Source: Candidatus Hermodarchaeota archaeon (GTDB lineage: Archaea; Asgardarchaeota; Thorarchaeia; Thorarchaeales; Thorarchaeaceae). Taken from it: 64,000 nucleotides of DNA. The position numbers were made by a program, and so were the translations under genes. The stretch lies in NCBI GenBank assembly GCA_048885865.1, contig JBHLLF010000012.1:16106-80105 (forward strand). Direction: 5' to 3'. How positions within the stretch are numbered: the stretch's first letter is position 1; each line of letters starts with the position of its first letter. Positions 37,392-47,109 of this stretch are shown here, one piece after another. The notes under the pieces are model-generated. The model searched no databases and was not told the DNA's origin. It saw nothing but the letters and a program-made list of their open reading frames with translations.

Positions 37392-39410
37392 ATGGGCGAT
37401 GAAAGTGTATTCATAATGGGATTCGACATCCTTCCCAGCCAAAGTCCAAAGTCTAAGAGGAGTGCAAAGTTTGCATGCGTGATCATGCACGAAGGCGTTT
37501 CGTTGAACGAGTATCCTGAGATATCTCGTGGAGCACTCTTAAAGCTGGTCCGAGAGATTCGTCCCAAATGGCTATGCACCGATAACATCTTCGAAATAGT
37601 ACCTGATAGCAAATCTCTCTTTCGTTTTGTTGACAAAATACCAGCAGAAACCCGATTGGTTCAAGTTACCGGAGTCCCACCACGTCAAATTTCTTTGAAG
37701 CGACTTGCGAAGAGACATGGACTAAGTGTTCGTGGAAAACCAACACCACTCGAATCCGCGTATCTTGCAGCTCAGTTGGCTATGCTGGGTATCGGACATA
37801 GTCTGGAATGCTTTGGAGAGCAGACGGAGATCAAGGTAGCTCGTGGGAGAAAGCCTGGTCGTGGCGGTCAGAGTGCAAATCGCTTCAGACGCAAGGTTCA
37901 CTCCCAAATTCAGCAAATGACAAGATATATTGAAGATCAGCTGAAGACCGCAAAAATCGATTATGACATTGATGTTAGGAGTTCTGATTTTGGCTACGCA
38001 AGCGCCCGAATAATCGCATACGCAACCTTGCCAAATATCCGTACATTGATTGAATCAAAACGTGGCGGTGACTTCAAGATACTCATATCACCAGTTAGAA
38101 AGAGAGTTGAATTCCTTCCTCTTGAACCAAAACCCATCACCAGTGCTTTACGACCAAGATACTTCATTTTGGGAATTGATCCAGGTTCCACAGCAGCAAT
38201 ATGTATGCTGACATTGAATGGAAAGATACACCGACTTTCGAGTGGGAAGTCGCTGACCAGAGCTGACATAATTAGGCAGGTGTATGAACAAGGAATTCCT
38301 GTGATGGTTGCAACAGATGTCACTCCTGTGCCCCACTTCGTGAAGAAGATAGCAAGCACTGTAAATGCTGAGCTATTTGTCCCAAAGCGAGAAATCCCAG
38401 TTTCAGATAAACAAGAGCTGGCAAGGGAGTTTTCTGACGGTTTCAAGATACGAAATGCTCACGAGCGAGATGCTCTCACAGCCGCGGTGTATGCTTTTCG
38501 GAATATCCAACCAAAGCTACAGCAGATAGAACGAAAGATACGTGATGAACAGCTTGTTGTTGATAGAAACCAATTGAAAGCATTAGTCATCAAGGGCATG
38601 TCAATGAAAGAGGCTATAGCTAGTCTTCTTCATGAGGAGTCGAAAGAGGTCGAGATTGTTCCAGAGCCTATTAAGGAGGAGGAACCGCTTACACAGGAAC
38701 GATTCGATTCACTTCTTGCCAAGCAAGCAGAAGCAGAGGCTGAGAACCTTGTACTTAGCGAGAGAGTTGAAGATTTAGAGCGTTTTGTAGAGTTCTTACA
38801 GTTTCGAGAGAGTGAACTGACAGACAGCTTGGACATCGTCACAAAAGACAACTACTGGAAAATCAAACGAGACCGAGAAGTTGTGAAGAAAGACAATGAA
38901 CTTGAACAGTTTAGACGCGAAGCGAAGAGCCTCAAGAAAGAGATCGAGCAACTGAAGAAGCGTTTAGAGAATCTCAGGGGTGTAAAACGGCGTGAGATTC
39001 GGGGTGATATGCTTGCCATTAAGTCAGTCCCTCATTTCACAAGAGAGAGTATAGAAGAATATATACAGAAAGTGGGCCTGAAGCCTGGCGATATCGTTCT
39101 TTTCGAGGATGCTAGCGGTGGCGGTCCTCAAACAGCAGGACTGTTGATTGAACGTGGCATTCGTGCAGTGATTGTAGACACTCACTTGTCGCACCTGTCA
39201 GAAGAAGAGCTTGTGCAATCTCTAATTCCTGTCATAAATGCAGAAGAAGTTGAATTGCAGAGGGTCGATGAGTTTGCATTCATTAGCAGAAAGAAGTTTG
39301 AAACACAGCTTCAATCATTCATTGCCACAGTACGTGAAAAGGCGCGTCAGAAAGGCGAGGATGAGCTTGTTGAACTCGTTGAACGATACCAACGTGAAAT
39401 CGAACGCTAA
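37392..39410 (+). CDS. DUF460 family protein (RNase H-like domains plus long coiled coil)
   Basis: IMGFDI, DNIFE, LVQVTG, GRGGQSANRFRR, ILGIDPG, ATDV, HERDALTAA, coiled-coil C-terminal half. Confidence 0.85.
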   Translation: MGDESVFIMGFDILPSQSPKSKRSAKFACVIMHEGVSLNEYPEISRGALLKLVREIRPKWLCTDNIFEIVPDSKSLFRFVDKIPAETRLVQVTGVPPRQISLKRLAKRHGLSVRGKPTPLESAYLAAQLAMLGIGHSLECFGEQTEIKVARGRKPGRGGQSANRFRRKVHSQIQQMTRYIEDQLKTAKIDYDIDVRSSDFGYASARIIAYATLPNIRTLIESKRGGDFKILISPVRKRVEFLPLEPKPITSALRPRYFILGIDPGSTAAICMLTLNGKIHRLSSGKSLTRADIIRQVYEQGIPVMVATDVTPVPHFVKKIASTVNAELFVPKREIPVSDKQELAREFSDGFKIRNAHERDALTAAVYAFRNIQPKLQQIERKIRDEQLVVDRNQLKALVIKGMSMKEAIASLLHEESKEVEIVPEPIKEEEPLTQERFDSLLAKQAEAEAENLVLSERVEDLERFVEFLQFRESELTDSLDIVTKDNYWKIKRDREVVKKDNELEQFRREAKSLKKEIEQLKKRLENLRGVKRREIRGDMLAIKSVPHFTRESIEEYIQKVGLKPGDIVLFEDASGGGPQTAGLLIERGIRAVIVDTHLSHLSEEELVQSLIPVINAEEVELQRVDEFAFISRKKFETQLQSFIATVREKARQKGEDELVELVERYQREIER

Positions 39411-39428
39411 AAGGAGATCGAGAGAACT

Positions 39429-39656
39429 CTATTCAGGAATCTGAATCCAGAGAATGTTATTTCCTCGTAGCAACAGCTGACCATATTTGGCTCGAATCTC
39501 CTCATTCTCAAGCTCTTCTGCATCAGCTAATGTCAAGTTCATGTACATATCACACCTAGTAAGTCGCCCTCGGAAGATTCGTTGATCCTTTAGTTTTATC
39601 GAAATGACATCATTGAGAACTGATTCAAGTGCTTTGATGGGCATGTTCTGTGACAC
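39429..39656 (-). CDS. Sm-like archaeal protein (LSm/SmAP)
   Basis: Sm1 IKLKD..FRG.L...DMYMNLTL.DAEE; Sm2 LLRGNNI. Confidence 0.92.
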   Translation of the reverse strand: MSQNMPIKALESVLNDVISIKLKDQRIFRGRLTRCDMYMNLTLADAEELENEEIRAKYGQLLLRGNNILWIQIPE

Positions 39657-39794
39657 TGTCTTATCCTCAGGTCAGGGCCAAGTCTGAACATTATAAAGCC
39701 TTTGCTGAAAAGCAATTGAAAACTGTCGTATCATTGAATCACACGTCAATGTTAAGTACAGATTGAGATGCAAACCAAATGGACTCGAATCAAT

Positions 39795-40787
39795 ATGTCA
39801 ATTATCTGTCTAGGCATTGAGGGAACCGCACACTCTTTTGGAGCTGGAGTAGTATCCAGTGATGGCCAAGTACTATCCAATATCTGGGATCTGTTTTCGC
39901 CAGAAGAAGGTGGAATACATCCTCGGGAGGCTAGTCGACATCACTCAGATATAGGCCCTACCATAATTCGAAATGCATTGGAGAAGGCCTCCATCTCCAG
40001 TGAGGACATTGATTTGATAGCTTTCTCTAGAGGCCCTGGTCTTGGACCATGTTTGAGGACCACAGCAACGATTGCACGCACATTATCCCTACGATTAGAT
40101 GTACCCTTGATTGGAGTAAATCACTGCGTCGCACACATAGAGATAGGCCGTCTTGAGTCTGGTTTCAGTGACCCAGTGACTGTATATGTTTCAGGAGGGA
40201 ACACACAAATCATTGCGTACGCCGGGAAGCGATATCGAACATTTGGTGAAACCCTAGATATCGCCATCGGAAACATGCTTGACACTTTTGGGCGAGATGC
40301 GGGGATGCGCTTTCCAGCAGGCCCTCAAATAGAACAAGAAGCTACCAACGCTGCCAATTATCACCCATTGCCTTATTCTGTCAAAGGAATGGACATCAGC
40401 TATTCTGGGATGTTGACCGCAGCCAAGAGGCTCATTTCTGAGGGAGTTCCATTGGCAGATGCATGTTTCAGTGTTCAAGAAACAGCATTTGGCATGCTTG
40501 CTGAGATTGCTGAACGTGCAATAGCTCACACGAAGAAGAATGAGCTTCTCTTGACCGGAGGAGTAGCACGGAACAACCGTCTCACAGATATTCTATCGGG
40601 AGTTGCACAACGGCACAATGCAGAATTCCATAGAGTCACACCTTCCCTTGCGGGTGATCAAGGTGCAATGATTTCATGGACTGGCATTCTTCAGCACGAG
40701 GCTGGAGACAGATTGAGTGTTGCAGATTCCACAATCCTCCCAAAGTGGCGTACAGATGAACAAGACATTGTGTGGAGGAAGTCATGA
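39795..40787 (+). CDS. kae1: KEOPS t6A synthase Kae1
   Basis: LGIEGTAH, GIHPREA..HH, GPGLGPCL, VNHCVAHIE, GETLDIAIGN. Confidence 0.96.
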   Translation: MSIICLGIEGTAHSFGAGVVSSDGQVLSNIWDLFSPEEGGIHPREASRHHSDIGPTIIRNALEKASISSEDIDLIAFSRGPGLGPCLRTTATIARTLSLRLDVPLIGVNHCVAHIEIGRLESGFSDPVTVYVSGGNTQIIAYAGKRYRTFGETLDIAIGNMLDTFGRDAGMRFPAGPQIEQEATNAANYHPLPYSVKGMDISYSGMLTAAKRLISEGVPLADACFSVQETAFGMLAEIAERAIAHTKKNELLLTGGVARNNRLTDILSGVAQRHNAEFHRVTPSLAGDQGAMISWTGILQHEAGDRLSVADSTILPKWRTDEQDIVWRKS

Positions 40788-41410
40788 TGGAGATTTGGAA
40801 CATTGGAGCAGAGTCTACAATATACAGATTCGAGCAATGGGGCCATACAATACTGCTGAAACATCGTCCACAGAAACTCTACTTGCTGAAGGAGATAGAT
40901 GAATTTCTGAGAGCATCTAGAACGAGTAGAGAATGCAAGATGCTGACGGTAGCAAGAAATCTCGGAGTTCCCACTCCCACAGTGTATTGGGTCGACATGC
41001 ATAGACATTCTATTGCGATGGAATACCTCCAAGGCAAACAGCTCAAACAGATAGTCGACGAGATGTCAGTTGATAGACTACAAAAGATTACCAGCGAATT
41101 CGGGAGGCTAATCGGTCTTTTACATAATGGGGGCATCGTTCACGGTGACCCTACTACCAGTAACGTGATAGTCAACCAAGAGGGGAAGCTGTGGATTGTC
41201 GACTTTGGACTTGCTGAAATGAATGCCACTGTAGAAATGAAAGGAGTCGATCTTCATCTAATGCGACGAGCATTTGAAACTACTCACTGGGATTTCGAGG
41301 CAATTTTGTGGGATGCTGCTCTTGAAGGCTACAAGACCATCCAGACCGAAGAAACAGACAATGTGTTGGCTCGAGTTGAGGAGATTCGAGAACGTGGCAG
41401 GTATCACTAG
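40784..41410 (+). CDS. bud32: KEOPS kinase/ATPase Bud32
   Basis: GAES, HGDPTTSN, DFGL, RGRY; directly after kae1. Confidence 0.95.
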   Translation: MMEIWNIGAESTIYRFEQWGHTILLKHRPQKLYLLKEIDEFLRASRTSRECKMLTVARNLGVPTPTVYWVDMHRHSIAMEYLQGKQLKQIVDEMSVDRLQKITSEFGRLIGLLHNGGIVHGDPTTSNVIVNQEGKLWIVDFGLAEMNATVEMKGVDLHLMRRAFETTHWDFEAILWDAALEGYKTIQTEETDNVLARVEEIRERGRYH

Positions 41411-41503
41411 TAGAACAAGTCATTGAGCAATCTTTATATCCACAGCCATTGGCCGTGAGGCTGACCCGGTTTCTTGGGACTTAAGAACTCAGAGGCACTC
41501 TTA

Positions 41504-41965
41504 ATGGCAAGGATGCACACACGCCGCAAAGGCCAGTCTGGAAGCAGACGACCCTCTACACTACAAACTCCTGAATGGCTGGAGAAGGAGAAAAATGCGG
41601 AGTGGGTAGAGAATAAGGTAGTAGAGCTTGCAAAGGCTGGAAACACCCCCTCAATGATTGGTATGCTACTTAGGGACCAGTATGGTATACCTCTGGTGAA
41701 GGTGATAACCGGGAAGAAGATCATGGATATCATCACTGAGAACAATCTTCAGAGACAAGTCCCTGAAGACCTTCGCAACATGATTGCTAAGGCTGCAAAG
41801 ATTCGAAGACACTTGGAGGAGAACAAACGAGACTTCGTATCAAAACGTGGCCTCCAGCTTGTTGAGAGCAAGATTCACCGACTGTCGAAATACTATAGGA
41901 AGAAGCATGTGCTTCCTGCGGATTGGAAGTATAGTCCAGACCAAGCTGCTGTTTTGTTGAGGTAG
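41504..41965 (+). CDS. rps15: 30S ribosomal protein uS15 (S15/S13e)
   Basis: MARMHTRRKGQSGS, IG..LRDQYGIP, PEDL, ESKIHRL..YY. Confidence 0.96.
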   Translation: MARMHTRRKGQSGSRRPSTLQTPEWLEKEKNAEWVENKVVELAKAGNTPSMIGMLLRDQYGIPLVKVITGKKIMDIITENNLQRQVPEDLRNMIAKAAKIRRHLEENKRDFVSKRGLQLVESKIHRLSKYYRKKHVLPADWKYSPDQAAVLLR

Positions 41966-41999
41966 CTTTATCATCAAGGCTTTGTTCTTTAGCCATGAG

Positions 42000-43325
42000 A
42001 TGAGCGGCAAGTCACGTGGGACTCCTAGTTTCAAAGCCATAAAAGCACAGTATTCAGAGATTTCTTTCAAAATAACCAGGCCAGTCATAATTGTAAGCTC
42101 ATCTATACCTGAGTCAACACTCGCTTCAGCAATCCTATCCAGATCTATCTTCAAATCCGGTGGGCTATTCCACATTACATTCGTCGAGCCAGTTGTGCAT
42201 GCTGAAGAAATAAACAGATTGCGAAGCACCTACTCAGACTCGACCATGATTGTCGTTGGAGTTGATGTTGCAGACAAGAAACGCATCAAGAAGGGAAAAG
42301 GCTACCCTGTTTTCATTGGAGGCGTCCATGGGTCAGAACAGGTTCAATCACTTTGTTTAGGAAACGAACGGACCATCTCTGCAGCATCATACATCCTTGC
42401 TGATGAGATTACCAAACCCGGCTCTGAAGAACTACAACTTGCTGCAGCAGGGACATTGCTCAATAACCACTCTGCAAAGCTGAAAGGCGCGGCAAGAGAA
42501 GTAGTAGCATCCGCTCAGAATAAAGGACTAATTGAGGAGAAAAAGGGGTTCAGACTGTTCGGAGTCAACTTCATGCCTTTGAATGAAGTTCTGGCTTACA
42601 GCATATGGCCATATTTGCCCAATCTAAGTGGTAGGCCAGAAATCTGTGACAAGATCTATGAAGAAGCCGATATTCCCTACCCGAAGTTCAAGACGCCTCT
42701 TAGCTCCCTTACTTCTGAGGAGGCAACAAAGGTGAATCAGCATCTTTCCCTCAAGCTTGATCCAAGTGTAATTTCTCAGGTCTTAGGACAGGATTTTATT
42801 TTCTCCAATGAAAATGAAACGAGTCCAGCACGCTTACTATCTGGAATAAGAGCCATAGCTGAAACTGCTTGGACTTTAGCTGAACCCAGTGCTTCTACAG
42901 CTATTTGGATTGGTGATCGGGCGCAGGTACTGAAGAGATTCCTTGATTCATATAAAGCGCATTCAAAAGAGGTCATTGCTGGTGTGGAACGGATGGTTGT
43001 GCTTCTTCAGGAATCAGAGAGTGAAGGAGCAGATCAACCCCTTGTGATTTCACATACTGAAACACACGAAGAAATACTGAGCGATGTGGGACGAATCGTT
43101 CTTGAAGCGAATTATGTCGACACAGACAGGCTAATGATCATTTCAAAGGACAGCGGCATCTCTGCAATATGGAAGTCAGGAACTATCTCCCTCCAAGATT
43201 TGTTCCGTTCTCTAATTGACATAGGTATCTATCCAAATGCCACATCATCAAATTCGCTGAGGGTCAATGACACTTCTGAGGAAACAAAGTCAAAGATTGC
43301 GGATGCTCTAACAGGCAAGAGATAG
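42000..43325 (+). CDS. Degenerate RecJ/DHH-family protein (no catalytic motifs)
   Basis: Occupies the rps15-DHH-pcc1 position and retains the family's PYLPxLSG helical region. The DxDG equivalent reads SIPES and no DHH is present. Confidence 0.65.
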   Translation: MSGKSRGTPSFKAIKAQYSEISFKITRPVIIVSSSIPESTLASAILSRSIFKSGGLFHITFVEPVVHAEEINRLRSTYSDSTMIVVGVDVADKKRIKKGKGYPVFIGGVHGSEQVQSLCLGNERTISAASYILADEITKPGSEELQLAAAGTLLNNHSAKLKGAAREVVASAQNKGLIEEKKGFRLFGVNFMPLNEVLAYSIWPYLPNLSGRPEICDKIYEEADIPYPKFKTPLSSLTSEEATKVNQHLSLKLDPSVISQVLGQDFIFSNENETSPARLLSGIRAIAETAWTLAEPSASTAIWIGDRAQVLKRFLDSYKAHSKEVIAGVERMVVLLQESESEGADQPLVISHTETHEEILSDVGRIVLEANYVDTDRLMIISKDSGISAIWKSGTISLQDLFRSLIDIGIYPNATSSNSLRVNDTSEETKSKIADALTGKR

Positions 43326-43333
43326 GTGAGTCA

Positions 43334-43573
43334 ATGAAGGCAGTAATTGAGCTGAATCTTGCGTCGTCATTGGAAGCAGAAGAAGTTCTTCAGGCTATAT
43401 CACCTGATAACTTTCCATTACCTCCCGGTCTTGAGATTGATTCAAAAACCAAGGATAATGTGCTTGTTGTTGAGATTAACTGTACTCGGGGACCAAAGAG
43501 TCTTGGTGCAACAGTTGAAGACTTGATGAGTGCAATCGATCTATCTCTGCGTACAATGCAGACAATTGAATAG
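43334..43573 (+). CDS. pcc1: KEOPS subunit Pcc1
   Basis: AISPDN, SL.AT.EDL; 79 aa; position in conserved cluster. Confidence 0.88.
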   Translation: MKAVIELNLASSLEAEEVLQAISPDNFPLPPGLEIDSKTKDNVLVVEINCTRGPKSLGATVEDLMSAIDLSLRTMQTIE

Positions 43574-43580
43574 AACTAGC

Positions 43581-45038
43581 TCAGTTATCCTGACTTAGGA
43601 GCTCGCTATGGATGGCATCAGCTCTTGAACGTGCCTGAGTTGCCATCTCTTTAGTAATGAAGCCTCTTTGAACTGCACGTTTCAAGAGATGCTGGTCAAT
43701 CACACGTACTTTCCCATTCTCCTCAAATGGAGTCTTAATCACATCAATCTCAAGGTCGACGTATCTGATGCGTCCAGGACCGCTTCCATTGCTAGGGTAG
43801 AGCTCTACACCAGTATTGATATTCAAGTAGGTTCCCTTCAATTCATCGTTCTTTGAATAGTATTCAGTGATAAGAGTCATAGAGCCGGGAACTACTTCAG
43901 TCAGCGCGTAGTCCCCTTCATCTCTAGCGACTTCCACTCCTTCTGGATAGTCTTGGAGCAGTTTGAGCTTGCGACTTGTATGACGAAATTGTCGTCGAAT
44001 AACTAGTCCCCGTGAATTTGTTTCGACAACTCTTCCTTTTGTCAAGAGTATAGACCTGCCATCCAGCTTCACATGTTCAATGTTAATTGGATCATCAACT
44101 CTTGGCATATCCAAGCCAATTACTTTGTCCAGTTTTGAAGTGAAGTATTTTCGTTCTTCTGGGCGATCTTCAATGAGTAGTTCAACCAAGTCCACCAAGG
44201 GCGCATATCCTGCGCTTTTGTAGAAATGATGTTTGTCAACAGTGGGCTTGATTTTTGCTCTTGTCTTATCTAGTGCTTCCTTCACTTCCGCTGGAAACTC
44301 GATATCTGCATTGCTGGTCCCCTCAAAGAGCAAATCGGTCGTGTCGAGTTCATCATATTTGGAATATATCCCCTGTGCCACATCAAGTAGGTCTTCCACT
44401 TCATTTCGTAGTTCTTCTTCTGTGAGCTTCTCAGCTGCAGTTCTCCACAGAATTCCCCATTCCTCAGTGTGGTTTCGTAGCTTTCTCCCCAAAATCATGA
44501 GATTATTCCTCATTTCTTGATCCTTGATTTTGGTGCTGAGTCTTACAACAGGCTCGGGCAGAAGCACTGAAGAGCGTCCAGGTATTGTTATGCTTGACGA
44601 TAGAACTGGAGCCTTGCGTCCATAGTCATGCGCCCGAACTTGGACCATGATACTATCTCCCCTTCTCAACCCTCTATCTGGAAGTAGTCCTGAGATGATG
44701 CCAAGGTCTATTCGAGTCTGTCCAGTCTTTTCGTCTCTGCCAAGAACAAACCCCTTGTAAATAGAGCTCTTTGCAACTCGAGGCGTGCGCGTTATCACCC
44801 ACCCAAGTCGTCTTCGTAGCACTTCAGTCAATTTTGCCAGAATCGACTCATAGGCAATTGCCACAATGCCCTGAAGATCACTACGATCCCAGATATCAAC
44901 ATCAGGTATCTCACTTCGGAAGGGCAGCCCAAATCTTCTTGCTACCTCAGGAGTGGGTTGCACTATCTCAAAGTGGTTCTGTAGCATTATCTGTGTTAGC
45001 GATTGAGCGTAGATTCCTCTTATTCTCGCCTTAATCAT
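43581..45038 (-). CDS. RNA-binding protein/probable ribonuclease FAU-1 (RNase E/G-like plus DUF402)
   Basis: RIRGIYA..LT, WGILWRTAA, Y.NINT.VE, YVDLEIDV. Confidence 0.88.
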   Translation of the reverse strand: MIKARIRGIYAQSLTQIMLQNHFEIVQPTPEVARRFGLPFRSEIPDVDIWDRSDLQGIVAIAYESILAKLTEVLRRRLGWVITRTPRVAKSSIYKGFVLGRDEKTGQTRIDLGIISGLLPDRGLRRGDSIMVQVRAHDYGRKAPVLSSSITIPGRSSVLLPEPVVRLSTKIKDQEMRNNLMILGRKLRNHTEEWGILWRTAAEKLTEEELRNEVEDLLDVAQGIYSKYDELDTTDLLFEGTSNADIEFPAEVKEALDKTRAKIKPTVDKHHFYKSAGYAPLVDLVELLIEDRPEERKYFTSKLDKVIGLDMPRVDDPINIEHVKLDGRSILLTKGRVVETNSRGLVIRRQFRHTSRKLKLLQDYPEGVEVARDEGDYALTEVVPGSMTLITEYYSKNDELKGTYLNINTGVELYPSNGSGPGRIRYVDLEIDVIKTPFEENGKVRVIDQHLLKRAVQRGFITKEMATQARSRADAIHSELLSQDN

Positions 45039-45120
45039 ATGTGAACACTGGCCCGGGCATAAGGCACCAACATCGTACCGTCAGCGATTTTTGACTGGTC
45101 GCGAGCTCCACTGGTATTGC

Positions 45121-45387
45121 TCATGCATCACGTATTGGCTCTAGATTGCTTAATACGCGCCAAATTCTTGTACGAGCAAAGTTAGGACAATTCGGATCTT
45201 GATTTGGTTCATCCAGAATTGCAATTGCATTCTGTGCTCTGGCGGCTGGTGAATCCGCTTCATTTTCCAGTGCTGCAATGGCCTCATTGGCGGCTCGCCT
45301 GATGTTTCGGGGAACCGAGTTGTTCTCTGATATCTGCTTGAGAAGCTGTTTGCTTAAGTCAATGTTCTGTTGGGTTTCGGCGTCCAT
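45121..45387 (-). CDS. UPF0147 family protein
   Basis: SVPRNIRRAA, AIAILDE...DPN.P..ART.IW. Confidence 0.9.
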   Translation of the reverse strand: MDAETQQNIDLSKQLLKQISENNSVPRNIRRAANEAIAALENEADSPAARAQNAIAILDEPNQDPNCPNFARTRIWRVLSNLEPIRDA

Positions 45388-45560
45388 CTGGACTCACCTC
45401 TGAATTGTCTCTACGCACAAATGGAGTGCGAACAACAAGACAAAGACCTGAATTTGCGCATATCAACGTTTCCGTCGAGCCACGTATCATGAGCCTTTGT
45501 CGACCTTCTATAGTGGATTGTCTTATATCCGCTAATACCCTCATTCCTATTGTGGCCATT

Positions 45561-45914
45561 ATGGATAAGACGAATGAAGGTTCAGTCAAGAAGATGGCTG
45601 AACTTCTCCGCCAGGGGGCAACAATGCTAGCAGAGTCATGTCCGCAATGCGGGTCGCCCCTCATGAAAGTACAGGATGACATATACTGTGCCACATGTGA
45701 TCGGAGAATCGTATACGCAGAATCCGATGAAGAAGCTGAAACTCAAGCGGTCAAGGTTCTGATTCCACAGTTAAGAGAAACTCTGATACGAAAGCTCTCA
45801 TCCCTGACCAGTGTCTTAGAAACCGAAAACGACACAGAGGCACTGACAAAGCTTGCTAACCTGATGGTGCTCCTTTTGCAGGCCCTACATAAACTGGAAA
45901 GCATGAATAGCTAG
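45561..45914 (+). CDS. UPF0148 / SSSCA1-like zinc-ribbon protein
   Basis: MAELLRQGATMLAESCPQCGSPL..IYCATC; start taken at MDKT. Confidence 0.88.
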   Translation: MDKTNEGSVKKMAELLRQGATMLAESCPQCGSPLMKVQDDIYCATCDRRIVYAESDEEAETQAVKVLIPQLRETLIRKLSSLTSVLETENDTEALTKLANLMVLLLQALHKLESMNS

Positions 45915-45916
45915 AA

Positions 45917-46561
45917 CTATTCCTTCTTGGTTCCCCTTCGAAGTCTGGCCCTACGTGCCTTCACTTCCTCAGGTCCTTTCAGGACCTTGCTCTTTCGAAT
46001 CTCACACTGTCTGATTGGTATTATCTTCTTGACTTCTTCGTGTACTTCAGAGGCCAGTTCTCCCAACAATACCTTCTGAACGAGCTCATCAAAGACGTGA
46101 AGCTTGGCATGCTTTCTTATTATCCGCTCGATGGTCTTTCTGACCGCATGCTCTTGGCTCGTCCTTGATCGGGTGTTCGTAAATACAATGACCGAGATTC
46201 GCATCAAGAAATCATCTTTTGTCAAAATAGGCCCTATCCAGTCTATTCTGGATGTGCCTCTCCTCACAAGACCCCTGAGATAGTCCGAACTCCACTCATG
46301 TCCATGAAAAACAGTATTCGCCTGTTGTCCCACTACCTCAAGTATCTTGAATCGAATCTTCACGTGAATTGAATCAAAGTCCCCATTCAGATCATACAAT
46401 GTAGGCTCCACTGTGCGTCCAATCAATAGCTCCGGATTACCAGATGGTGTGAGACCTATCTCCTTGTTGTCGAAATAGTCTGGTGCAAGTATCTGATACC
46501 AGACCTTCTCACGCCACTTGTCTCTGGTCCTTGCCGCTGCCTGTCTACTTCTTGAGGACAT
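45917..46561 (-). CDS. rps3ae: 30S ribosomal protein eS1 (S3Ae)
   Basis: DKW..K.WY.ILAP, LIGRTVE, LVRRGTSRID, PIRQCEIRKSKV. Confidence 0.95.
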   Translation of the reverse strand: MSSRSRQAAARTRDKWREKVWYQILAPDYFDNKEIGLTPSGNPELLIGRTVEPTLYDLNGDFDSIHVKIRFKILEVVGQQANTVFHGHEWSSDYLRGLVRRGTSRIDWIGPILTKDDFLMRISVIVFTNTRSRTSQEHAVRKTIERIIRKHAKLHVFDELVQKVLLGELASEVHEEVKKIIPIRQCEIRKSKVLKGPEEVKARRARLRRGTKKE

Positions 46562-46774
46562 CTGACTTTCACGCTCATGTGAGTATTAGTGAATCTAAAG
46601 AATCACGATTTGGTCTGTGGGTCTGAGCCCCCGGACCGCGCCGACATTCAACGAGTCGAATAAAAACATTGTGACATGTCCTGCACGAGAATGCTTGAAT
46701 TCATCAATGAATATGGACACACCCGAGCAAACTAGATATGGAATGTATTGCAGGACGACTTGGAGACAACTACA

Positions 46775-46909
46775 ATGACAGAAATTGTATGTCCTCGGTG
46801 TGGCTACAAGGAAGTCGCCATGGTAAAGAAAGAGATGATGGGGGATGGCGGCTACAGAAGACACTACCGCTGTCCAAGATGCAGCAATACTTGGGAGAAA
46901 AAGGACTGA
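46775..46909 (+). CDS. 44-aa zinc-ribbon microprotein (TFIIS C-ribbon-like), not in ORF track
   Basis: Manual translation MTEIVCPRCGYKEVAMVKKEMMGDGGYRRHYRCPRCSNTWEKKD*; two CPRC knuckles; GGAGA upstream. Confidence 0.7.
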   Translation: MTEIVCPRCGYKEVAMVKKEMMGDGGYRRHYRCPRCSNTWEKKD

Positions 46910-46969
46910 ATACTGTCTGCTTTGTTCCAAAATGATTATATCAAGACTAGAGGCTTTCATGCAACACGC

Positions 46970-47057
46970 GCGGAGGTTGCCAAGCCTGGTCAAAGGCGCA
47001 GGGTTTAGGTCCCTGTCTTGTAGAAGTTCGCGAGTTCAAATCTCGCCCTCCGCACCA
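46970..47057 (+). tRNA. tRNA-Leu(TAG), no intron, CCA encoded
   Basis: GCGGAGGTTGCCAAGCCTGGTCAAAGGCGCAGGGTTTAGGTCCCTG, long variable arm, TTCAAATCTCGCCCTCCGCACCA. Confidence 0.95.
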
Positions 47058-47109
47058 TTTATCCTCATTTTCGAGTATGCTAATTCACTTATAGCGTGGT
47101 GAATCTCCT

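Noticed and set aside
46562-46774. Short hairpins upstream of rps3ae as an ncRNA
   Set aside because: Only 4-6 bp stems and no box motifs; insufficient support.
46595-47102. Track ORFs 46595-46993, 46738-46935 and 46845-47102
   Set aside because: They overlap tRNA-Leu or the more convincing 44-aa zinc-ribbon frame.
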